Assembly: GCA_016291405.1 (NCBI GenBank)
Contig: JAEEXG010000009.1
Location: 23 to 64,022, forward strand
Direction of reading: 5' to 3'
DNA from: Lachnospiraceae bacterium
GTDB taxonomy: Bacteria > Bacillota > Clostridia > Lachnospirales > Lachnospiraceae
Length of the DNA stretch: 64,000 nucleotides
A model generated the notes under the pieces. The model had not been told where the DNA came from and made no database searches. It saw nothing but the letters and a program-made list of their open reading frames with translations. Positions 28,938-39,137 of this stretch are shown one piece after another (position 1 is the stretch's first letter; the number at the start of each line of letters is the position of its first letter). The position numbers and the translations under genes were made by a program.

Positions 28938-31379
28938 ATGCGACTTCCATTTACAGACAGTGCTGAACAGGCATTAAAGATTGCTGAAAAAGAATCAAAG
29001 CTTTTAAAGCATTATTATATCGGCAGTGAACACCTTCTTTTGGGCTTGTTAAAAGAAACTAACGGTGTGGCAAGTGCCGTTCTTCGTACTGCCATTACAA
29101 ATATAGATGATGTTTATGATTTGATCAGAGATTTAACGGTAAGCGGTCACGGCACTATGTTAAAAGAGCGTGCAGGCCTTACTCCAAGAACGGAGAGAAT
29201 CTTACAGGATGCGGAAAGCTTAGCCGAAAAGTATCATTCAGGCACCATCGGAACCGAGCACATTTTGCTTGCTATTATAAGAGAAGGCCATAACTGTGCG
29301 GTTCAGATTCTTTTGGCATTAAAGAAAAATCCTACGGAAATCTATATACAGACCCTTCTTGCAATGGGTGAAGATCCAAGAGATGCTAAGGAAGATTCAA
29401 AAATCGGCCCCAAAAAGAAAAAGGGTGAAAATATCTTAGATTCTATTTCTAAGGATTTAACAAAGCTTGCAAAAGAAGGAAAGCTTGACCCCGTAATCGG
29501 AAGAAACGATGAAATCACAAGAGTGGTTCAGATTCTTTCAAGACGTACAAAGAATAACCCTTGTTTGGTTGGTGAACCGGGCGTTGGTAAAACAGCCATT
29601 GTTGAAGGTCTTGCATTAAGAATAGTATCAGGTGAAGTGCCTGAAACCGTAAAAGATAAAAGAGTCCTTTCTTTAGACTTATCGGGAATGGTGGCAGGAA
29701 CCAAGTACCGTGGTGAATTCGAAGAAAGAATGAAAAAATTAATTAAAGAAGTTACTGAAAGTAACGACATCATTCTTTTTATCGATGAGATTCACACAAT
29801 CATCGGAGCCGGCGGTTCGGAAGGCTCTATTGATGCAGCAAACATTTTAAAGCCCTCATTATCAAGAGGCGAGATTCAGTTAATCGGTGCCACCACACTT
29901 TCAGAATACAGAAAGTATGTTGAAAAGGATGCGGCTTTAGAGCGCCGTTTCCAGCCTATAGATGTGGCAGAGCCCACGGAAGAAGAAGCAATCAGAATTT
30001 TAACAGGCGTTGCTCCAAGATACGAAGAGCACCACCATGTAAAATACACACCCGAAGCAATTGATGCTGCGGTAAGGCTTTCATCCCGTTATATAAATGA
30101 CAGACATTTACCCGATAAGGCAATTGACCTTATAGATGAGGCGGGAGCTTTGGTAAGGCTTAAAAACCTTGATTCAAAGGAAAACCTTGATGACTTAAAA
30201 GAAGAGATTTCAAAGATTGATTTACAGATCGCCCGTTCGATTAAGATCGAAGCTTATTCTCAGGCCATTGAGCTTAGAAGTAAGCAAAAGGAACTTCAAA
30301 AGAAGCTTTTAAAGATTGAAGAAAAGAACAGGAAAGCAAGAAACGTAGCTAACTGTGAAGTAAACGAAAATCACATTGCTGATGTGGTTGCGGTTTGGAC
30401 AAAGGTTCCCGTTAAGAGACTTACGGAAAAAGAAAGCGAGCGTTTGTTAAAGCTTGAATCAATCTTACATAAGAGAGTAATAGGCCAGGAAGACGCAGTT
30501 ACAAAGATTTCAAAGGCTATGAGACGTCAAAGAGTAGGTCTTCAGGATCCCAATCGCCCGTTAGGTTCTTTCCTTTTCTTAGGACCTACAGGTGTAGGTA
30601 AGACAGAGCTTTCTAAGGCTTTGGCAGAGGCAATGTTTGGAGACGAGAACGCTTTAATAAGAGTCGATATGTCCGAATACATGGAAAGCCATTCGGTTTC
30701 AAAGATGATCGGCTCACCTCCCGGATATGTTGGATTTGATGACGGCGGTCAGCTTTGCGAAAAGGTAAGAAGACATCCTTACTCCGTTGTACTTTTCGAT
30801 GAAGTTGAAAAAGCTCATCCCGACGTATTTAACGTGCTTTTACAGGTTTTGGATGACGGCCACATTACAGATTCTAAGGGTAGAAAAGTTAACTTTAAAA
30901 ACACAATCATTATAATGACTTCAAATGCGGGAGCTCAGAAGATTGTTGATCCTAAGAGCCTTGGATTCTCAACTGTATCGGATGAAAAGAAGGACTATGA
31001 AAACATGCGCTCAAACGTTATGGATGAAGTTAAGCGTTTGTTTAAGCCTGAGTTTATCAACCGTATTGATGACATTATTGTATTCAGAGCGTTAAATAAA
31101 AAGGATATGGCAGAAATCTGCACGCTTCTTTCAAAGAAGCTTATTGCAAGATGCAAAGAGCAGATGAATATCACATTAACCATTTCTTCTACCTTAAAGG
31201 CATACATTGTTGATAAGTTCACTGATGCCAAGATGGGTGCGCGTCCCATTAAGAGAGCAATTCAGTCTGAAATTGAGGATAAGCTTTCAGAGGAAATCCT
31301 TATGAAAGAAATTGTTCCCGGTGACGTGGTTACAGCCACAAGAAAGAACAACGAGACGGTATTTAAAAAGAAGGATTAA
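28938..31379 (+). CDS. clpC: ATP-dependent Clp protease ATP-binding subunit ClpC
   Basis: Two Clp_N repeats and two AAA+ modules (Walker A GEPGVGKT and GPTGVGKT); 813 aa. Confidence 0.9.
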   Translation: MRLPFTDSAEQALKIAEKESKLLKHYYIGSEHLLLGLLKETNGVASAVLRTAITNIDDVYDLIRDLTVSGHGTMLKERAGLTPRTERILQDAESLAEKYHSGTIGTEHILLAIIREGHNCAVQILLALKKNPTEIYIQTLLAMGEDPRDAKEDSKIGPKKKKGENILDSISKDLTKLAKEGKLDPVIGRNDEITRVVQILSRRTKNNPCLVGEPGVGKTAIVEGLALRIVSGEVPETVKDKRVLSLDLSGMVAGTKYRGEFEERMKKLIKEVTESNDIILFIDEIHTIIGAGGSEGSIDAANILKPSLSRGEIQLIGATTLSEYRKYVEKDAALERRFQPIDVAEPTEEEAIRILTGVAPRYEEHHHVKYTPEAIDAAVRLSSRYINDRHLPDKAIDLIDEAGALVRLKNLDSKENLDDLKEEISKIDLQIARSIKIEAYSQAIELRSKQKELQKKLLKIEEKNRKARNVANCEVNENHIADVVAVWTKVPVKRLTEKESERLLKLESILHKRVIGQEDAVTKISKAMRRQRVGLQDPNRPLGSFLFLGPTGVGKTELSKALAEAMFGDENALIRVDMSEYMESHSVSKMIGSPPGYVGFDDGGQLCEKVRRHPYSVVLFDEVEKAHPDVFNVLLQVLDDGHITDSKGRKVNFKNTIIIMTSNAGAQKIVDPKSLGFSTVSDEKKDYENMRSNVMDEVKRLFKPEFINRIDDIIVFRALNKKDMAEICTLLSKKLIARCKEQMNITLTISSTLKAYIVDKFTDAKMGARPIKRAIQSEIEDKLSEEILMKEIVPGDVVTATRKNNETVFKKKD

Positions 31380-31384
31380 GGGGT

Positions 31385-32749
31385 ATGCCTAAAAAAAGTA
31401 CAGTTTTCTTTTGCAGCTCATGCGGATACGAGTCCTCCAAGTGGATGGGCCAGTGTCCGAGCTGCAAGGAATGGAATACATTCACGGAAGAACCGGTTGT
31501 TAAGATGAAAAGGGCCGTTCAAACGGCTTCTTTTTCTTCGACCGAACCCGTATTACTTAAAGATATTTCCGTAGACGATTCAAAAAGAATAAAGACAGGT
31601 TTTGAGGAGTTTGACAGAGTCCTTGGAGGCGGTATAGTGAAGGGCTCTTTAGTGCTTATCGGAGGAGACCCGGGAATAGGAAAATCCACGATTTTACTGC
31701 AGGTTACAAAGAACCTTGTTAATTCAGGTGAGAAGGTTTTGTATGTTTCGGGAGAAGAATCTCTAAGACAGATTAAGCTACGGGCAAACAGACTGGGTAA
31801 AGATTTTGACAATCTGCTTTTACTTTGTGAGACAAACCTTGATGCCGTTACTGAGGTAATAAAGAAAAACGTTCCCACAACAGTTGTCATTGACTCTATT
31901 CAGACTATGTACAGGGAAGATATTGCTTCGGCTCCGGGGTCTGTGTCGCAGGTAAGGGAAGCTACGTCTTTACTTATGCAGATTGCAAAGCAGCTTGAAA
32001 TAAACATTTTCATTGTAGGTCATGTGACAAAAGAAGGTGCTGTGGCAGGTCCCAGAATCTTAGAGCACATGGTGGATACGGTTCTTTATTTTGAAGGAGA
32101 CAGGCATGCTTCCTACAGAATTTTAAGAGGCGTAAAGAACAGATTCGGCTCCACCAATGAAATCGGCGTTTTTGAAATGAGAGAAGAAGGTCTTAGGGAA
32201 GTTAAGAATCCTTCCGAATATATGCTTTTTGGAAAAGCAGAAGATGCAAGCGGTTCAGTAATTACTTGCACGATGGAAGGTACACGCCCTCTAATGATTG
32301 AAATTCAGGCTCTTTTATGCAGGTCTAACTTTGGTATTCCGCGTCGCCAGGCTACGGGCATGGATTTTAACAGAGTAAACCTTCTTATGGCCGTTATAGA
32401 AAAACGAGGCGGTCTTCAGATAGGAGATCAGGATGCCTACGTAAATATTGCGGGAGGCATAAAGATAAACGAGCCCGCCATGGACTTAGCAACGGTACTT
32501 GCCATCATTTCAAGCTACAGAAATAAGGCCATAGATTCAAAGACAGTAGCTTTCGGTGAAGTAGGCTTAAGCGGAGAAGTAAGAGCTGTAAACAACGCAC
32601 GCCTTAGAGTTATGGAAGCCAAGAAACTTGGATTTAAAACAGTGGTGCTTCCTAAATCAAATATTGATGCAGACATTAAAAAGATTGAAGGAATCGAGCT
32701 TTACGGCGTATCTGACATAAGAGAAGCCATGCAGATTCCCATGGGGTAA
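31385..32749 (+). CDS. radA: DNA repair protein RadA/Sms
   Basis: Zinc finger CSSCGYESSKWMGQCPSC, Walker A GGDPGIGKST, KNRFG motif and a Lon-like C-terminal domain. Confidence 0.95.
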   Translation: MPKKSTVFFCSSCGYESSKWMGQCPSCKEWNTFTEEPVVKMKRAVQTASFSSTEPVLLKDISVDDSKRIKTGFEEFDRVLGGGIVKGSLVLIGGDPGIGKSTILLQVTKNLVNSGEKVLYVSGEESLRQIKLRANRLGKDFDNLLLLCETNLDAVTEVIKKNVPTTVVIDSIQTMYREDIASAPGSVSQVREATSLLMQIAKQLEINIFIVGHVTKEGAVAGPRILEHMVDTVLYFEGDRHASYRILRGVKNRFGSTNEIGVFEMREEGLREVKNPSEYMLFGKAEDASGSVITCTMEGTRPLMIEIQALLCRSNFGIPRRQATGMDFNRVNLLMAVIEKRGGLQIGDQDAYVNIAGGIKINEPAMDLATVLAIISSYRNKAIDSKTVAFGEVGLSGEVRAVNNARLRVMEAKKLGFKTVVLPKSNIDADIKKIEGIELYGVSDIREAMQIPMG

Positions 32750-32753
32750 AAAT

Positions 32754-33509
32754 ATGAAATTTATATCATGGAACGTAAACGGAATAAGAGCTTGTAAGGA
32801 TAAAGGCTTTTTAGACTTTTTCTTTAAAGAAGATGCTGATATTTTCTGCTTACAGGAAACAAAGATGCAGGAAGGACAGTTAGAATTAGACCTTCCCGGA
32901 TACTTACAATACTGGAATTATGCAGAAAAGAAAGGTTATTCGGGCACCGCAATCTTTACAAAGCATAAGCCTATTAACGTAACCTACGGAATGGGCATAG
33001 ATGAGCACGACCACGAAGGAAGAATCATTACTCTTGAATACGATAACTTTTTCTTTATAACCTGCTATACTCCAAATTCAAAGCAGGAGCTTGAACGCCT
33101 TGATTATCGTATGGTGTGGGAAGATGACTTCTTAGCTTATATAAATAAGTTAAACGAAAAGAAACCTGTTGTTTTCTGCGGAGATTTAAATGTGGCTCAC
33201 GAAGAAATCGACTTAAAGAATCCCAAGACAAATCACCACAACGCCGGTTTTACCGATGAAGAAAGAGCTAAGATGACAGCTCTTTTAAATGCAGGATATA
33301 CAGACACTTTCCGTTTCTTTTATCCCGATAAAACAGACATCTATTCCTGGTGGTCTTACAGATTTAAAGCAAGAGAGAAAAACGCAGGGTGGCGCATAGA
33401 CTATTTCATCACATCTAAAAGCTTAAATGATAAGCTAAAAGACGCTAAAATTCATACCTCAGTGGAAGGCTCAGACCACTGTCCTGTAGAGCTTGATATT
33501 GACCTGTAA
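32754..33509 (+). CDS. xth: Exodeoxyribonuclease III (AP endonuclease)
   Basis: SWNVNG, QETK and SDHCPV motifs; 251 aa. Confidence 0.9.
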   Translation: MKFISWNVNGIRACKDKGFLDFFFKEDADIFCLQETKMQEGQLELDLPGYLQYWNYAEKKGYSGTAIFTKHKPINVTYGMGIDEHDHEGRIITLEYDNFFFITCYTPNSKQELERLDYRMVWEDDFLAYINKLNEKKPVVFCGDLNVAHEEIDLKNPKTNHHNAGFTDEERAKMTALLNAGYTDTFRFFYPDKTDIYSWWSYRFKAREKNAGWRIDYFITSKSLNDKLKDAKIHTSVEGSDHCPVELDIDL

Positions 33510-33514
33510 ATTTC

Positions 33515-33536
33515 AAAGTTGTATGCATACAACTTT
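33515..33536. promoter_or_regulatory. Perfect 22-nt palindrome (candidate operator or terminator hairpin) between xth and the arabinofuranosidase gene
   Basis: AAAGTTGTATGCATACAACTTT is its own reverse complement. No U-run follows it. Confidence 0.4.
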
Positions 33537-33617
33537 CCTACATCTTAATATTGAAAGTAACAGGCTTGAATGTTAACTTAAAGGTACCGATTAACAAAAG
33601 TATTTAGGGAGTGAAAG

Positions 33618-35114
33618 ATGTTTAAACTTTATATTAATCCCAATGTAAAAAAGGGACACATTAACCCTGAACTTCAGGGTAACTTTTCAGAACATCTCGG
33701 AAGATGTATTTATGAAGGGGTATACGTAGGTGAGAATTCTCCTATCAAGAACGTAAACGGTATGAGATGCGACGTTGTTGATGCACTTAAGGAGTTAAAG
33801 CTCCCCGTTTTAAGATGGCCCGGCGGTTGCTTTGCAGATGAATATCACTGGAAAGACGGTATCGGCCCTAAAGAAACAAGAAAGAAAATGATCAACACCC
33901 ACTGGGGCGGCGTTGTGGAAGACAACAGCTTTGGTACACACGAGTTCTTTGAACTTGCAAGACAGCTTGGCACCAAGACCTACATTAACGGTAACGTGGG
34001 AAGCGGCACAGTTCAGGAAATGAGCGAATGGGTTGAATACATGACCTTTGAAGGCGTATCTCCCATGGCTGACCTTCGTACAAAGAACGGTCACAAAGAT
34101 CCCTGGAGAGTTGATTACTTCGGAGTAGGTAATGAAAACTGGGGATGCGGCGGTAACATGCGTCCCGAATATTACGCAGACCTTTACAGAAGATATCAGA
34201 CATATGTAAGAACTTACGATTCATCAAAGCCCATCAAGAAAGTATGCGGCGGTCCCAATGCGGATGACTATGAATGGACAAAGAAAGTTCTTGCTACATG
34301 TTTTGACCACGGTAACGGATTCATGGATTTACTTAGCCTTCACTATTACACAGTTCCTACAGGTGTATGGGAAAAGAAGGGTTCCGCTACAGAATTTGAC
34401 GATAAGCTTTGGTATCAGACATTAAAGAAGACTCTTTACATGGAAGAAATCATCAACGGCCACACAGCAATCATGGATGAATACGATCCAGAAAAGAAGA
34501 TCGGTATGTCAATCGATGAATGGGGTACATGGTTTGATGTTGAGCCCGGCACAAATCCCGGATTCTTATATCAGCAGAGCACAATGCGTGATGCCCTTGT
34601 TGCAGGTATCAACCTTAACATCTTTAACAAGCACTGCGACAGAGTTAAGATGGCAAACATCGCTCAGCTTGTAAACGTATTACAGGCAGTTATCTTAACA
34701 GAAGGCGATAAGATGATTAAGACTCCTACTTATCATGTATTTAACATGTATAAGTATCATCAGGACAATGAACTTCTTGATTCTTACATCGAGACCAAAG
34801 AAATCGGTGTGGAAGATGGAAACAAAGTTCCTAACCTTACAGAATCTGTATCTGTTGATAAAAACGGTAAGATTCATGTTACTCTTACAAACCTTTCAAT
34901 ATCCGAAGATTACGATATCGAAGGCGTATTTGCGGAAAGCAATGTAAAGAGCGTTAAGGCTGAAATTGTTACAAACGATATGAAGGCTCACAACACATTT
35001 GATAACCCTGATGTTGTTAAGGTAGAAAGCTTTGACGGCATTAAGGCATCAGGAAACAAGCTTTCATTCAAGATGCCTAAGTGCAGTGTAATGCATATCG
35101 AAGTAGAAGCATAA
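33618..35114 (+). CDS. abfA: Alpha-L-arabinofuranosidase (GH51)
   Basis: RWPGGCFAD, GVGNENWGCGG (acid/base Glu) and SIDEWGTW (nucleophile Glu) motifs; 498 aa. Confidence 0.85.
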   Translation: MFKLYINPNVKKGHINPELQGNFSEHLGRCIYEGVYVGENSPIKNVNGMRCDVVDALKELKLPVLRWPGGCFADEYHWKDGIGPKETRKKMINTHWGGVVEDNSFGTHEFFELARQLGTKTYINGNVGSGTVQEMSEWVEYMTFEGVSPMADLRTKNGHKDPWRVDYFGVGNENWGCGGNMRPEYYADLYRRYQTYVRTYDSSKPIKKVCGGPNADDYEWTKKVLATCFDHGNGFMDLLSLHYYTVPTGVWEKKGSATEFDDKLWYQTLKKTLYMEEIINGHTAIMDEYDPEKKIGMSIDEWGTWFDVEPGTNPGFLYQQSTMRDALVAGINLNIFNKHCDRVKMANIAQLVNVLQAVILTEGDKMIKTPTYHVFNMYKYHQDNELLDSYIETKEIGVEDGNKVPNLTESVSVDKNGKIHVTLTNLSISEDYDIEGVFAESNVKSVKAEIVTNDMKAHNTFDNPDVVKVESFDGIKASGNKLSFKMPKCSVMHIEVEA

Positions 35115-35121
35115 TTAAGTC

Positions 35122-35152
35122 ATCGGGGGATAAAAAATCCCCCGATTTTTTA
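35122..35152 (+). terminator. Rho-independent terminator
   Basis: Stem ATCGGGGGA / TCCCCCGAT followed by TTTTTT. Confidence 0.85.
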
Positions 35153-35224
35153 ATAAAAAGCCCTTGCTTACACATATCCTGTGTGTTATAATTCAACAGT
35201 CGGCTTTGAAAGACACAATTAAAT

Positions 35225-35295
35225 AGGGGCATAGTTCAAAGGTAGAACAGTGGTCTCCAAAACCATCGATGTGGGTTCGATTCCTACTGCCCCTG
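35225..35295 (+). tRNA. tRNA-Trp (anticodon CCA)
   Basis: Manual cloverleaf. Acceptor AGGGGCA/TGCCCCT, D arm GTTC-AAAGGTA-GAAC and anticodon arm GTGGT-CTCCAAA-ACCAT. T arm GTGGG-TTCGATT-CCTAC, discriminator G. Confidence 0.9.
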
Positions 35296-35300
35296 CTTTA

Positions 35301-35331
35301 AAGACAGAGTAATCTGTCTTTTTTTATTTCT
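35301..35331 (+). terminator. Rho-independent terminator after tRNA-Trp
   Basis: Stem AAGACAG / CTGTCTT followed by TTTTTTATTT. Confidence 0.8.
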
Positions 35332-35340
35332 TATAGGCAC

Positions 35341-35380
35341 AAAAAAAGGAGGCTACACTTGGTAGCCTCCATGTTTTTTG
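35341..35380. terminator. Bidirectional terminator (ends the minus-strand cNMP-domain gene transcript)
   Basis: Stem GGAGGCTAC / GTAGCCTCC, flanked by A7 on the left and ATGTTTTTT on the right. Confidence 0.75.
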
Positions 35381-35560
35381 CTTATTTTCTTCTAACGCAA
35401 AAGAATCAGGCTTAGCCTGATTCTTCGCTTGTGTAAAAGGGGAATTTTCTCGGAATAGTCTTGGGTGTCTCCCAAGTACATTTTGAGTATACCGCCTACA
35501 TGGGTGGAATACTACAACAATATTGACCAAACATAAAACTATTTCACTTATTTTAAACGT

Positions 35561-37831
35561 TTAAACTGTTCCTTCAATAAACTTACGGTGAATAACGAGT
35601 TCATCGGGAATTTCCTGTCCGGAAGCCTTAATTTTGGTAAGAACATTATCAAAATGATGAAGCTTCTGAGTGGTTTTTATGTTGTATCTTTCAATCATAT
35701 CCTTAAACATAGGGTTAGCCGCAATCTTTTCACGAAGTTCAGCAGGGAAAGGACAGTAGGTAACCATTATCTGTCTTGCAACTTTGTTAAGTCTTGGTGA
35801 ACCTGAGCCTTCAAATATTACCCATGTTATATAGTCACGCACAAACATTTCTTTAAAGGAATTCTTTGCCTTTGTAAGAGCGTTCTTAACCTTTTCTTTT
35901 GCGTCTGTAGAAAGCTCAGAATTCTTTTTATAAAACTGTACGTAGTCAAAGTATTCACTGGTAAGAGAACGGTCGCTTACGTCGTTCCAGCGGGCGCCCT
36001 GCACACGCTTACACATTTCCCATCTGTATTCGCCTGTAAGACGGGTAAGAGTGGTTACAAAGTCTTCCACATGGAAAATGGAGAACATGAATCTTGCGGG
36101 TGTGGTACGTTTCTTTCCTTCGATTTCCTGCCACATAACTCCACGGGTTCCGACGTTGGGGAAAAGGATAATGTCGGGAGTGATGCGCACATCGATAAAT
36201 TCTTTTGTGATACCGATCTTTTCATCGGAATAAACTGTTTCTCTGTAGAAAGCACCGTAATCGATGGCTTCCAGTTTCTTTATGCTTTCCAATACCGTAT
36301 CAACGGTCACAAGGCAAGACTGTAAGGGCTTAATGATGTCGTGCTCGCTAAGAAGAGGACAGAAGGAGCTTAAACGTCCGAATGTAACCTTGTTACACAT
36401 AGGGAACATGTTGTTAAGCTCAAACATGAGACGTTCTTCCGGATCTCTTGCAAGCGCCTGTTCCTGGGCTGCAGTAATCTTACCCTGAATCTTTTGCTCG
36501 TGAATGTACTGAGTGTAGTCAGTATCAAACTCGTTACGGCTGGGTTCTTTCTTTAAGTGATATACGGCGTTAAGCCATTCGTAAGCCGTGTATACGCCAA
36601 AGTCTTCATCGCCTCTGTAGTCATCGGCAATAGTGTATAAGTAGTTGGCGTTTTCGGCCCCTGCAAGCTCTGCATCCACAAATCCAAAGTTAAAGAACAT
36701 CTTTAAGATAGGGGATAAGTTATAGTCTTTTACGCTTGCTTTAAAGGCCTCCGTATAAATCTGATAAAAGGCCTTTGTAAGTTCAAGTCTTAACTTACGG
36801 ATAGGATCGTCTGAAGAAGCCTTGTCGGTTACCTTCTTATATTTATTAAGTAAGGCTCTAAAGTTATTTGCAATTTCTTCTTCAACGCCTGAGTAAGCAA
36901 GGATAATGTTTGTGGCATCGGATAAATCTTCATTAATCTTAGCAGGCTCTCCGTCGCTTGTAGAAGCGGCCTTATTAAAGCCTGCGGCCTTCTGGCGGTA
37001 CTCGCTTACTCTTGCTTCTATTAAGCTTTCTTCCACCACACCTTTTTCTTTTAACTTATCAACCATTGCTTCAATGGCTTCCGTTACCTTTTCGGCATCC
37101 GGAGTACCGGGCTTTAAGCGATACAAAAGAGAAGTGTATAGCTCAAATAAATCTACGCCGGACCGGCCCAAATATATGTCATAGCTTTCTTTTAAGTAGT
37201 CTTTGCACATTTCGATTGCAGGCATACTTTCATGAATGTCCGCACTTGCTTTTTGCAAAAATCCGTTTAAATAAGGAACTCTTGCTGCAAGGGCAAGCTT
37301 TAATTCCTGAGGGAAATCACGCATGGAAGCATAGTAAAAAGGCACGTAATCCGGGATATCGTCTTCGATATCAACGGCCTCCATATCTTCGATTGCGGGA
37401 AGTGAACGAGAAATTATATTGTTGTGATTGCAAGCGTCAACGTACGCATCATAATCTTCCTTGATGCCTTTGTATAATGCTCCGCATTCATTTATAGATC
37501 TGTTGTGAAGCGCCATAATCTGGGCACTTTGATTGATCATGGATGTAAACATCATCTTTCCGACTTCGGGATTTAATTTTACGATGTTTGAAACGGACGA
37601 ACTGTCTTTAATAGGAAAAGAAACAAACGACGAAACTTCAGTGGTAATATAAGTAAAGGAGTGGGCATCGTACGCGATGTCCAAAAGCCCTACAACGTCG
37701 CCTTTCTTTAAAATGATGCTACCGCCGTCGAATTTAGCGGTTACAGAACCTGATACAATTACATGTATTGCGTTTAGCGCCTGGCCCTGTGAGCAAATGA
37801 CTTTGTCTTTTTCGATTTCTTTAGCTGCCAC
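35561..37831 (-). CDS. Large protein with N-terminal cyclic-nucleotide-binding-like domain, function unknown
   Basis: GTG start with GGAGGA 5 nt upstream. The N-terminal ~110 aa show a cNMP-binding beta-roll pattern (..VICSQGQALNAIHVIVSGSV...KKGDVVGLLD..). The remaining ~640 aa have no motif I recognise. Confidence 0.6.
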   Translation of the reverse strand: MAAKEIEKDKVICSQGQALNAIHVIVSGSVTAKFDGGSIILKKGDVVGLLDIAYDAHSFTYITTEVSSFVSFPIKDSSSVSNIVKLNPEVGKMMFTSMINQSAQIMALHNRSINECGALYKGIKEDYDAYVDACNHNNIISRSLPAIEDMEAVDIEDDIPDYVPFYYASMRDFPQELKLALAARVPYLNGFLQKASADIHESMPAIEMCKDYLKESYDIYLGRSGVDLFELYTSLLYRLKPGTPDAEKVTEAIEAMVDKLKEKGVVEESLIEARVSEYRQKAAGFNKAASTSDGEPAKINEDLSDATNIILAYSGVEEEIANNFRALLNKYKKVTDKASSDDPIRKLRLELTKAFYQIYTEAFKASVKDYNLSPILKMFFNFGFVDAELAGAENANYLYTIADDYRGDEDFGVYTAYEWLNAVYHLKKEPSRNEFDTDYTQYIHEQKIQGKITAAQEQALARDPEERLMFELNNMFPMCNKVTFGRLSSFCPLLSEHDIIKPLQSCLVTVDTVLESIKKLEAIDYGAFYRETVYSDEKIGITKEFIDVRITPDIILFPNVGTRGVMWQEIEGKKRTTPARFMFSIFHVEDFVTTLTRLTGEYRWEMCKRVQGARWNDVSDRSLTSEYFDYVQFYKKNSELSTDAKEKVKNALTKAKNSFKEMFVRDYITWVIFEGSGSPRLNKVARQIMVTYCPFPAELREKIAANPMFKDMIERYNIKTTQKLHHFDNVLTKIKASGQEIPDELVIHRKFIEGTV

Positions 37832-38024
37832 CTTTGTCCTCCGAAACTAAGAAAATCTATCCCGAGTTAATTTACATAACCATACAGATTAATTATACAT
37901 TAAAAAAATTATACTTCAAGTAACGAGAATTTGAGGCGCAGTCCTTGTGTTTTCTTAAATGTATGGTAAAATATGAAAAGTATTGTGGGAGTTTTTGTTT
38001 GGGAATGAACAAGGAGGTTAATAA

Positions 38025-38468
38025 ATGAAGGAAGTCAAACTGATTGACTTGAAAGATGATGTCGAGCGTTTGCTTACTTACATCCCTTGGCTTGAACAAA
38101 AAAAAGGAACTAAAGCCGGTTCAATTTACAAAAGTGACGGACTCGAAGAACATTCGGTACCGTTCCCTGTGTATGAGACGATGCTTCTTAACTTTGTAAA
38201 CGATGCTTCCAAGACGAAGCTTATGGATAAGAACTACGTCTACGCTTACTCAAGAAACTTCATAAAGACTGTGGACGATGAAAGAAGAGTCATACAGAAT
38301 GCAGGCATTAAGAACGGAGATGTTCTTTGTGGCATTTTCTCTAAATATATTTTAGGCGGTATGAGAAAAGGAAGCCTTTGGATCACGGGAGTTGAAGAGG
38401 GAATCCTTTTGGACGTACTTTTAAAGATGAAGAAACTGTTAGAAATTTGGGATGCGCCCTTGGCATAA
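38025..38468 (+). CDS. Hypothetical protein (147 aa)
   Basis: AAGGAGG RBS and no recognisable motif. Confidence 0.5.
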   Translation: MKEVKLIDLKDDVERLLTYIPWLEQKKGTKAGSIYKSDGLEEHSVPFPVYETMLLNFVNDASKTKLMDKNYVYAYSRNFIKTVDDERRVIQNAGIKNGDVLCGIFSKYILGGMRKGSLWITGVEEGILLDVLLKMKKLLEIWDAPLA

Positions 38469-38489
38469 TAAAAGGAGTTATTTTAGGAC

Positions 38490-39062
38490 ATGAGCGACAA
38501 AGCAGCGAAAAAGAAACAATACATTCTTGATATTGCGAAGGGTGTTTTTGCTAAAAAAGGATTTAAGAACGTTACTATGAAGGATATCGTCGAGGCCTGT
38601 GAAATCAGCCGTGGCGGTTTGTACCTTTATTTTGACGACACTAAGGAAATTTTGCTTGAGTGCCTTGCAGGCGGAGAGCAAAAGGAAGATATATTGGAGA
38701 AACCTTCCGCGGGTGAGGCGTTGGCCGTTTATTTAAATGAGCAAAAGAAAGCCATTTTAAATAATGAAAACGACTTAACCGTCGCGGTTTATGAGTATCT
38801 TTTCATGTGCGAAGAAACCGGTGAGAATGAGTCGGTTATTAAGCCTAAGATAGAAAAGAATCTTAAAGTGCTTACAGCTCTTTTACAAAAGGGCGTTGAA
38901 AGCGACGAGTTTTATTGTGAAGACTGCGAACAGGCAGCACGTAATATTATATATACCTTAGAAGGCCTTAAACTTGCTTCAAAGACTATCGGTGTCACCG
39001 AAAAGGAAATCGACACACAGCTTTTGTACATCTTGAGTGGCCTTATCGCTGAGGAAGAATAA
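38490..39062 (+). CDS. TetR/AcrR family transcriptional regulator
   Basis: N-terminal HTH (ILDIAKGVFAKKGFKNVTMKDIVEACEISRGGLYLYF); 190 aa. Confidence 0.85.
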   Translation: MSDKAAKKKQYILDIAKGVFAKKGFKNVTMKDIVEACEISRGGLYLYFDDTKEILLECLAGGEQKEDILEKPSAGEALAVYLNEQKKAILNNENDLTVAVYEYLFMCEETGENESVIKPKIEKNLKVLTALLQKGVESDEFYCEDCEQAARNIIYTLEGLKLASKTIGVTEKEIDTQLLYILSGLIAEEE

Positions 39063-39137
39063 TGATGGGGCTTTGGAAACAAAGCCTCTTTCGTTTATCT
39101 AAATTAATTTTTTATTTAAAAGGAGACCTGTGAACAC

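Noticed and set aside
35324-35530. 68-aa minus-strand ORF downstream of the cNMP-domain gene.
   Set aside because: It spans three hairpins and a terminator and has no RBS. It is treated as 3' UTR or possible sRNA sequence.
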